A DNA stretch of 64,000 nucleotides from a virus (taxonomy: Duplodnaviria > Caudoviricetes), in IMG/VR virus record IMGVR_UViG_3300046318_000318, one strand, 5' to 3'. Position 1 is the first letter of the stretch, and each line of letters opens with the position of its first letter. A model generated the notes under the pieces. It saw nothing but the letters and a program-made list of their open reading frames with translations, searched no databases and was not told the origin of the DNA. Below, piece after piece: positions 57,684 through 64,000 of the stretch. A program made the position numbers and the translations under genes.

Positions 57684-58298
57684 TCATCGCTTACTCAGTT
57701 CAATGCGGTGGATATCGGAATCAGTAACCTCACACCAAATTGCTTCTTCCTCTTTATCAACCAAGCTGAATTGATGCCAGTATCCATTCCCTGAGTAATT
57801 ATACCCACGGTAAATCAGACGCTCTGACTGACCCTTCCAGTTACATCGATCACCTACATTAAAGCGAGTGATGTTACCGTTGCTATCAAACCCCAGTTCT
57901 TTCAGTAATTCTACTACACTCCAAACAATCTTACTATCTTTATCAAATACCTTTTCGTAGGTTTCGAAATCATCAATTAGTCCAGACGGACATTCTTCAC
58001 GAGGTGTCACCCACAGTGGAAAATAAGACGTCGACGCTACATGACTCACAGTAAAGCCGGATGATTGATTTTTACTGGTGGTTAAATCTAGTTTATAACC
58101 AAACATGTGATTGTCATTATGGAACAGCACGCGTTTTTCATTATCACCTGACTTGATGTAAAGACAATGAGTGGCCAGGCGATGCTTTTGGGTAACTAAA
58201 CTCTTTACTTTTTCTCTGGACATAACAATATCCTCTGGATGGCGTGTATGTTCGTTATGGTTAAAATACATAGCCTGCACAATACTAACTTGATTCAT
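57684..58298 (-). CDS. Accessory hypothetical protein with small SH3-like C-terminal domain
   Basis: FNVGDRCNWKGQSERLIY...WHQF...WCEV; standalone gene with its own promoter-like motif and family terminator. Confidence 0.6.
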   Translation of the reverse strand: MNQVSIVQAMYFNHNEHTRHPEDIVMSREKVKSLVTQKHRLATHCLYIKSGDNEKRVLFHNDNHMFGYKLDLTTSKNQSSGFTVSHVASTSYFPLWVTPREECPSGLIDDFETYEKVFDKDSKIVWSVVELLKELGFDSNGNITRFNVGDRCNWKGQSERLIYRGYNYSGNGYWHQFSLVDKEEEAIWCEVTDSDIHRIELSKR

Positions 58299-58348
58299 GA
58301 CACATTCCTTTAAAAAGTTGTTAAGGTCAAATAAAGTTTAAATGACTC
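58296..58348 (-). promoter_or_regulatory. Promoter-like motif, variant class (TCATTTAAA-CTTTAT-TTGACC)
   Basis: Resembles the 3120-3128 copy, including TTAA.CAACTTTT downstream. Confidence 0.4.
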
Positions 58349-58373
58349 AAATGTTTTATAAAACCTATACTAT

Positions 58374-58490
58374 GGCTGAGTGTTAATATTGGTTATCCGA
58401 TATGGTCACGATGCTCCTTGAGGTGGACTCGGTGGTCAAACGCCGTTTATGTCTCCATGATTTGTTAACTCGGGTCGTGGAGACTTTTTT
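58374..58490 (+). ncRNA. Candidate structured small RNA
   Basis: CTATACTATG (TATG late-promoter-like) at 58365-58374, three hairpins, then a plus-strand terminator GTCTCCATGA..TCGTGGAGAC-TTTTTT; both neighbouring genes are on the minus strand. Confidence 0.45.
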
Positions 58491-58527
58491 CCTCGTGAAT
58501 GGTTGGAAGTTAAAAGTGCAGCATAGT

Positions 58528-58557
58528 ACCTTATCCACCTTAACGGGTGGATAAGGT
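58528..58557. terminator. Hairpin downstream of the 58566-58904 ORF
   Basis: ACCTTATCCACC-N6-GGTGGATAAGGT. Confidence 0.65.
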
Positions 58558-58565
58558 TTCTATGT

Positions 58566-58904
58566 TTAGCTTTTTAAATCCTTCTCTATGTCTGCCATAG
58601 CTGAAGACTTCTTCTTGATTTGATCCAAGGCTATTTGGTTCATCATCTCGTGTACATCTCTAGGGACAGCTAAGTACTCTTCAAACGACAACCCAAAATG
58701 CTCTCGAATATTACTATCTATATAAACACGCATAGCTAACTGTAAGCCACTGCCGTCGTTGACGTCTTCGATGTTGTGAAAAGCCACCGAGGCTAATGGG
58801 CGTGTCTTGTTGGATTGACCGAAATGATTGTAGATCCCTATTTCTGTTTCATAGAGATCCCCAAGCACTATTTTTACATCTGTTCTGTCCAGCTTAGGTA
58901 GCAT
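58566..58904 (-). CDS. Conserved small ORF; probable C-terminal extension (T-like part) of the upstream chaperone via -1 frameshift
   Basis: Frame stays open upstream to the T7 run at 59022-59028; FGLSFEEYLAVP motif. Confidence 0.65.
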   Translation of the reverse strand: MLPKLDRTDVKIVLGDLYETEIGIYNHFGQSNKTRPLASVAFHNIEDVNDGSGLQLAMRVYIDSNIREHFGLSFEEYLAVPRDVHEMMNQIALDQIKKKSSAMADIEKDLKS

Positions 58905-58974
58905 GGAGAAGAGTTTGTCCCTGAACTTATCTATGCTAAAGTCAGCTCCAAACTCTGGATGTGTGATGTTGTTA

Positions 58975-59027
58975 ATACTCAGCGTTCGGTCAATCTCGTT
59001 AGACGTTGAGTATAGAGGTCGAAAAAA
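58975..59027 (-). promoter_or_regulatory. Putative -1 programmed ribosomal frameshift signal
   Basis: In-frame heptamer T TTT TTC (59027-59021), 7-nt spacer, stem ATACTCA/TGAGTAT (59013-59007 with 58981-58975). Confidence 0.7.
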
Positions 59028-60493
59028 ACTGTCATGGTATCCAACGGAATGATGTTGGTGTGACGTGGCAGCTTATGTTCGACTTCTTGTTTCTTACCGC
59101 AAGCAGGGCAGTCATAAACAGGAATGCCGATTACAGAGATGGTGCTTTCTCCGATGTATTTGATGATCTCTTTGATGAAGTCTGACAGAATCACATCTTC
59201 ACTAGAAAGAACATCTAAACATTGAGAGAGAGTCTCAGGATCAGAAATCACATTACTATCGATCTCCACACACTCCACCCAATGACGGTACTGTCGCATA
59301 GCCGATGCTTGACCGTATTTAGTCAGCAAAGACTCACGTTCCGTTTGGGAAGTCTCTGTGGTGATGGCTTTCTCCATGATCTCTACCATATCAGAGATCC
59401 AGACATGACCAGCATCCACATATTCTTTAATAGAGGGCGTTCTCAAAGTAAAGAAGATCTTGCTGCCGTTAACTGTATCGATAGATACTTTTTTGTTATT
59501 GGCTACGGCAAGTTCTTCTTTATAACGAGTTACTGATGCAAGATCTTTGCTTCTGGCTTGTCTTGAAGCCATGTGTGATTTTTGCCAATCAGTGAGCGGA
59601 GCAGTGTTGACCCACTGAAGCTTAGACAAATTAAGAGTTTCTTCAAGAACATGGTGACACTTCTCAGGATCAGCAACACAAGCTCGTTGATATTTAAACC
59701 CACGAGGATAGACAGAACACATCAAACCCCAGATCAATGTAGGGATGTCTTGTGAGACTATGATGTTCTTCAGAAGTTCTGTATTAAGATCTTCTGATTT
59801 CAGAGTCGTGTCATAAACATGACTCAGCACAAAGTCAGTAAGACGATCTGTGGTGTAGGAGCTGGTGTTGGAAAATGCCAAACTGTGAGTGAAACGACCA
59901 AAACGGATCTTGTCACTCAGCATCAGTCGATTCAACTCCAGCAGTTCAGCTTCACTTGGTGGTTTGATTGTTACCCAAATGCCTGTGTGCCACAGAGGCA
60001 CCTGAATCAAAGTACCCAGACCCAACTGAGTAATCATTCGAATGATAGCTCGTTCACCTTTGATCTGTTGATTCTCAAGAGGTTTGAACCGAGGAGCCGC
60101 CGCATTCAGGTTGATGCCTTTATACTCTACCTTTTGTGTGAAGTTAGATCCAGGTTTAGTAACTGTATCACCAAAGACATCTGAATACATGGTCCTGGTC
60201 AGACCTTCCGTCAAAGCGGTTGCCCACTTTCGAGACTCAGGGTTGTCCAGCATGTTGACGTTAGGAATATTAGAAACAATATCCCGAGTGCGTTTGGCTG
60301 TATCAGAAGGTAGAGCGATATTATCTACAGCTCCTTGAATGTTACTGGAATATTCTACTTCCAAAAGACAGTTACCATCTCCATGAATAACAGTCTCTGC
60401 CACAGGAGCTGTCTCATGTTCTGGTTCATCTACAACAGGAACACCTTGTGGATGAACCTCAGTTGTTTCAACTTTGACTTCTTCACTGTTCAT
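58979..60493 (-). CDS. Putative tail/baseplate-hub assembly chaperone (T4 gp26/gp51-like)
   Basis: C-terminal CPACG followed by ...VFF; start 60493 has an AAGGA RBS (ORF track 60532). Confidence 0.55.
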   Translation of the reverse strand: MNSEEVKVETTEVHPQGVPVVDEPEHETAPVAETVIHGDGNCLLEVEYSSNIQGAVDNIALPSDTAKRTRDIVSNIPNVNMLDNPESRKWATALTEGLTRTMYSDVFGDTVTKPGSNFTQKVEYKGINLNAAAPRFKPLENQQIKGERAIIRMITQLGLGTLIQVPLWHTGIWVTIKPPSEAELLELNRLMLSDKIRFGRFTHSLAFSNTSSYTTDRLTDFVLSHVYDTTLKSEDLNTELLKNIIVSQDIPTLIWGLMCSVYPRGFKYQRACVADPEKCHHVLEETLNLSKLQWVNTAPLTDWQKSHMASRQARSKDLASVTRYKEELAVANNKKVSIDTVNGSKIFFTLRTPSIKEYVDAGHVWISDMVEIMEKAITTETSQTERESLLTKYGQASAMRQYRHWVECVEIDSNVISDPETLSQCLDVLSSEDVILSDFIKEIIKYIGESTISVIGIPVYDCPACGKKQEVEHKLPRHTNIIPLDTMTVFFDLYTQRLTRLTER

Positions 60494-61064
60494 TTGCGGT
60501 TCCTTCAGCAACAGGGGTTTTAACTTCAGCATCAGAAATTACAGTTGGATCTACCAAATCTTTCTGTTTCTGAGCTTCAATTGTTTCTTGATCGCGCTTT
60601 TTCAATTCATCCTGCATGGCGATCAGATGATCAGTCACCGTCAACATAGGTGAAACCAACAAAGATTGAATGCGCAAAGCCGATGTTTTGTAGTCCTCGC
60701 CGATAGTAAGGTAAGCAGAGATATCTGCATCTTCTACTTTACCTGTCTTATCAACATGTCCTTTATGGATGGTAACCAGTTCTTGAGTGAGGGTTTCAAT
60801 ATCAGAAGACAAACCTTTGATAGTCACAGACAACTCATTGTTAACTGGAACAGCATGCATTTTGAACAAAGTGATGGCGCGTTCGACAGAGATAGCCTGA
60901 TCTACCAGACCACCGGCTACTGTCTTGTAAAGTTCTTCGAGTTCTTCCCAAGTCATCGAGAAGGGTTTTTCTTCAGCAGTGATACCTGCACGATCCATCA
61001 GCTGGTTCAGCAGAGGAAAAGTCACAGGTCCTTGGGAATTTTGCTGGGGGATGTTTTGTGCCAT
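60483..61064 (-). CDS. Conserved helical hypothetical protein
   Basis: 193 aa; AAGGA RBS; stop codon overlaps the start of the next gene. Confidence 0.6.
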   Translation of the reverse strand: MAQNIPQQNSQGPVTFPLLNQLMDRAGITAEEKPFSMTWEELEELYKTVAGGLVDQAISVERAITLFKMHAVPVNNELSVTIKGLSSDIETLTQELVTIHKGHVDKTGKVEDADISAYLTIGEDYKTSALRIQSLLVSPMLTVTDHLIAMQDELKKRDQETIEAQKQKDLVDPTVISDAEVKTPVAEGTANEQ

Positions 61065-61104
61065 GTTGGTTCCTTATATATAGAAAAGTTTTTAAGCCCT
61101 GAAG

Positions 61105-61114
61105 CTATACTATG
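61105..61114 (+). promoter_or_regulatory. Putative late promoter (TATG motif)
   Basis: CTATACTATG, identical to 58365-58374; phiKZ late promoters carry TATG at the start site. Short motif, so weak evidence. Confidence 0.4.
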
Positions 61115-61160
61115 ATTCCACAGCTTATTTTTTAGACTAAGTAGAAAAAAGGTAACCACC

Positions 61161-62021
61161 ATGAACGAATTGGTGTCAGAATTTATAAGTCAACAGTTTG
61201 CACCAGAAGCTGTTGAAGATTTTAAAAGAGCTTTTGAACTTTTCAATGCGTTTAACAGTCTTGACGATGATGAAAAGTTAATCGATATCCTGACTGATAG
61301 CAGCTTGACATCTATAGATCAAAAGGACGCTATATATAAAGCAGTGAATGATTCGGCTGATAAGATCTTATCGGCACACACCATCCGTACTTACGATGAT
61401 GTAAGTTTAGCTGTTAAGAATGAGATACTGTCTGCTTTATTTCTTGTTCAGCATTTAGAAGATTCCAAACCTTTTCAGATAGCTTTAGAATCGCCTGAGA
61501 ACGATGATGAGATTCTGGCTTTTATCATCAGTGAACTATCTACTCTAGATAAACTGGATGTTATGTCTGCAATAGCTGACTTTAGACCATCAGTTCTGAA
61601 ACAGTTAAAAGCTTACCTACTCTCTAAAGAAACAGAAGATAGCAGCCCTGTGGTGGATAAGTATATTAAGATACTTAAAGAATTTAAAGTATTTTCCAAA
61701 AAAGACGACCTTATAGGTTTACAACTGACTGAGAGCGGTATGCTCTTGGGTCAGAGATTAGAGACGTACGCTGGATACATATCTAATATAGAGGTCAGAG
61801 ATTTAGATACTTTGAGTTATCACATACTCTCTTTGCTGTACATGACACCTGAAGGTATCAACAGCCCTATCCTGGCTTATAGAAGATCAAGCCATGTTCT
61901 GTTTGATGATCTGGCTGTGGTCAGTAACGTAGAAAATAAATTGGCTTCCTTAGTGGCCAATTTCAATGAATACCAGAAAGCCTTAAATGAAAAGATTAGA
62001 CTATCTGAAACTGGCTCTTAA
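61161..62021 (+). CDS. Conserved jumbo-phage protein upstream of the virion RNAP subunit
   Basis: 286-aa helical acidic ORF overlapping the RNAP subunit start. Confidence 0.65.
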   Translation: MNELVSEFISQQFAPEAVEDFKRAFELFNAFNSLDDDEKLIDILTDSSLTSIDQKDAIYKAVNDSADKILSAHTIRTYDDVSLAVKNEILSALFLVQHLEDSKPFQIALESPENDDEILAFIISELSTLDKLDVMSAIADFRPSVLKQLKAYLLSKETEDSSPVVDKYIKILKEFKVFSKKDDLIGLQLTESGMLLGQRLETYAGYISNIEVRDLDTLSYHILSLLYMTPEGINSPILAYRRSSHVLFDDLAVVSNVENKLASLVANFNEYQKALNEKIRLSETGS

Positions 62022-63318
62022 GAATAGAGCTTACGCAACACAGGACTGGATCATACGTTGTTTTGCGATCATGCGTCCTAAAACAGAAGCTGAGTTAGCA
62101 GGTAATACGTATTACCTCATGCCTGTGCTCCTGCCTTTTGCTTACGGGTTCATCAATGAAGAAAATGTCTTTGTTAAGTTTGATGAGGATCTGGATGTCA
62201 AACAACCTTTGTTTTCTTTTAGTGAAAGACTCACTATAGATAACACATGGGCTGATAATGTCAAACAACCAACAGAGACTTGCATAGGCAATGTGCTGGT
62301 TAATGCAATAGGTGTGCTTGAGTGTTTTGGTTCTAAGTTTCCTTTTCAGACAGGTTCTTTGTCCATGGGGAGTTTTGAATCTCTTATAGTCGACAAGCTA
62401 AGAGACACACCAAAAACAGAAACAGAAAGATCTACTGAGTATTATTACGTTGATGAATATGTTAAGTTCATCAACGCTATGTCTTATATAAGGGACTTCT
62501 CACACTTAGTTTCCATATCAGCTACCAGAAAGAACATACGTAAGCCAGACGGCATAGAAGCTTTTAAGAAACAATTGCTTGTTAAATATGAAGGTAAGTT
62601 AACAGATCCTGTTGAGCTTTCTAAATTTGAAGGTGAGTTGAAAGCTTTTGACGATGCTTACATGGCAGATGACCCAAGTAACAATAAGTTTGTTAAAGGT
62701 AAGATTAAGAACATTGCTAGAAAGAAATTGTTTCTTACGCTAGGTCAAGGACTGTCCTTTAATGAAGGTGGTGAACAAAATCCTATTGTCGGTTCTTTAA
62801 CAGAAGGTTGGTCAACAGATCCTAAAGATATAACAGCCATGGTGAATGATACACGTATGGCCAGTTATTACCGAGGTTCCGAAACTGTTAAAGGTGGTGT
62901 GTCAGCTAAAACCTTACTCAGAGCCGCTAATAATTTCAAAATCTGGAAAGACAGAAGTGGTTCACCCACAGACTGTGGTTCTAAGCTTGGTTTGAAAAGA
63001 ATCTATACGTCTGGCAATATCTCTCAACTACCTGGTAAAACTTTACTGTTAGGATCTTCTTCTAAGTTAATAGAGAACGATCAAGAGGCAGGTGTCTATC
63101 TGGGTAAAACTTTGACTGTCAGATCTCCTATGTATTGCACACTGTCGGGTGATGTTATATGTGAGGTCTGTGCCGGTAAGAAACTTTCTACTTTACCCAC
63201 AGGTCTGTCCATCCCTCTGACAGAAATTTCAGCCATCATCATGACATCTTCTATGAAACGTATGCATGGTGTGGTATTGTCAACAGCAAAAATAACTTTA
63301 GAAGACCACTTCTCTTAA
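61987..63318 (+). CDS. Virion RNA polymerase beta-prime subunit, middle/C-terminal fragment (phiKZ gp80-like)
   Basis: Second Zn site DCGS...RSPMYC...ICEVCAG, bridge-helix-like SYYRGSETVKGG and trigger-loop-like MKRMHG. Confidence 0.88.
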   Translation: MKRLDYLKLALKNRAYATQDWIIRCFAIMRPKTEAELAGNTYYLMPVLLPFAYGFINEENVFVKFDEDLDVKQPLFSFSERLTIDNTWADNVKQPTETCIGNVLVNAIGVLECFGSKFPFQTGSLSMGSFESLIVDKLRDTPKTETERSTEYYYVDEYVKFINAMSYIRDFSHLVSISATRKNIRKPDGIEAFKKQLLVKYEGKLTDPVELSKFEGELKAFDDAYMADDPSNNKFVKGKIKNIARKKLFLTLGQGLSFNEGGEQNPIVGSLTEGWSTDPKDITAMVNDTRMASYYRGSETVKGGVSAKTLLRAANNFKIWKDRSGSPTDCGSKLGLKRIYTSGNISQLPGKTLLLGSSSKLIENDQEAGVYLGKTLTVRSPMYCTLSGDVICEVCAGKKLSTLPTGLSIPLTEISAIIMTSSMKRMHGVVLSTAKITLEDHFS

Positions 63319-63327
63319 GGATAAATC

Positions 63328-64000
63328 ATGAACTTCTTCGAGCAGCGTGAAAGCACACAGCAATCAAGCAATCAAAACCGTGAAATGCGTTCTGAAAATT
63401 CTGAACAATCTGGCGGTCAGTATAATCAGAATTATAATTCTGGTGAGCGACAACCCTATAACAACTCTGGTAATAATTCCGGTGGTGGTTATCAAGGCGG
63501 GCAAGGCGGCTATCAGAAGAAACCTTATACACCAGGTGGTGGCTATCAGAAACAAGGCGGTTATCAAGGTGGTCAAGGCGGTGGATTTAAAAATCGACCA
63601 CCAGCTGAGCAGGAAGATCCTTATTTGTATCTACCTTACGCAGCTACAGGTAACAAGGACATGCCTGAAAGTTTCAAACCTATGATTCAACGCATCGGAA
63701 GAAACCTTCAGGAAGCCGGACTGATTCTTCGTACTGGTGGTATGGAAGGTCTTGAGGATGTGATTGAAAAATCAGCTACCAAGCTTGAAGTCCATCTTCC
63801 TTTTAAAGACTTTGACGGAAAACAGAGTAAGTTTACTTACACTTCTGATTTCGTTAAAGGCATTGCTAAGATGTTCCATACATCTTTTGACACACTAAAA
63901 CCAGTCGTGCAAACGTTTCTTGCTAAGAACGTGCGATTGGTTTTGGGTAAAGATGGTAAGAGTCCTGCTTTGTTTTTGGTGGTTTGGACTGAAGATGGTG
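63328..64000 (+). CDS. Partial CDS: G/Q/N/Y-rich low-complexity N-terminus plus SLOG/DprA-like domain
   Basis: Hand-translated from ATG 63328 (AAGGA RBS) and open to the window end; YAATGNK, LRTGGMEG, EVHLPF, KNVRLVLG, FLVVWTEDG follow the DprA/SLOG pattern. Absent from the ORF track because it runs off the edge. Confidence 0.7.
   Translation, partial: MNFFEQRESTQQSSNQNREMRSENSEQSGGQYNQNYNSGERQPYNNSGNNSGGGYQGGQGGYQKKPYTPGGGYQKQGGYQGGQGGGFKNRPPAEQEDPYLYLPYAATGNKDMPESFKPMIQRIGRNLQEAGLILRTGGMEGLEDVIEKSATKLEVHLPFKDFDGKQSKFTYTSDFVKGIAKMFHTSFDTLKPVVQTFLAKNVRLVLGKDGKSPALFLVVWTEDG

Noticed and set aside
58386-58445. Possible tRNA gene
   Set aside because: The third hairpin is vaguely T-arm-like, but there is no TTC loop, acceptor stem or proper anticodon arm; reported as a candidate sRNA instead.
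1-64000. CRISPR array or mini-array
   Set aside because: No regularly spaced direct repeats seen; the repeated elements are dispersed terminators and leaders. A by-eye scan could miss a degenerate 2-repeat array.

Overview
This window is a 64-kb internal segment of a phiKZ-like, nucleus-forming jumbo phage (Chimalliviridae-type). The assignment rests on sequence motifs and gene order: a non-virion RNAP beta-N subunit (phiKZ gp123-like), major capsid protein (gp120-like), DnaB-like helicase (gp118-like), the inner-head/baseplate/neck block (gp84-gp101-like), half of a split family-B DNA polymerase (gp82-like) and a virion RNAP beta-prime subunit (gp80-like). phiKZ gene-number equivalences come from my recollection plus synteny, not from a database search. 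Accessory content includes nrdAB, dihydrofolate reductase, a thyA split by a group I intron with a GIY-YIG homing endonuclease, a holin/endolysin pair, and a fibre/spike module with a glycosyltransferase. Most notable observations: (1) a DUF1874/AcrIII-1-like ring nuclease, an anti-type III CRISPR protein, in a phage class whose known weak spot is RNA-targeting CRISPR; (2) a repeated promoter + covarying-hairpin leader + RBS ... terminator cassette that brackets single accessory genes, with one copy empty; (3) a -1 frameshift signal (T TTT TTC, 7-nt spacer, stem-loop) that would fuse a putative tail-assembly chaperone to the next ORF; (4) a candidate ~117-nt structured late small RNA; (5) probable capsid-packaged enzymes (a transglutaminase-like Cys-His-Asp protein and a membrane zincin); (6) a SLOG/DprA-like protein with a prion-like G/Q/N/Y-rich N-terminus. 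I found no CRISPR array or canonical tRNA by eye.
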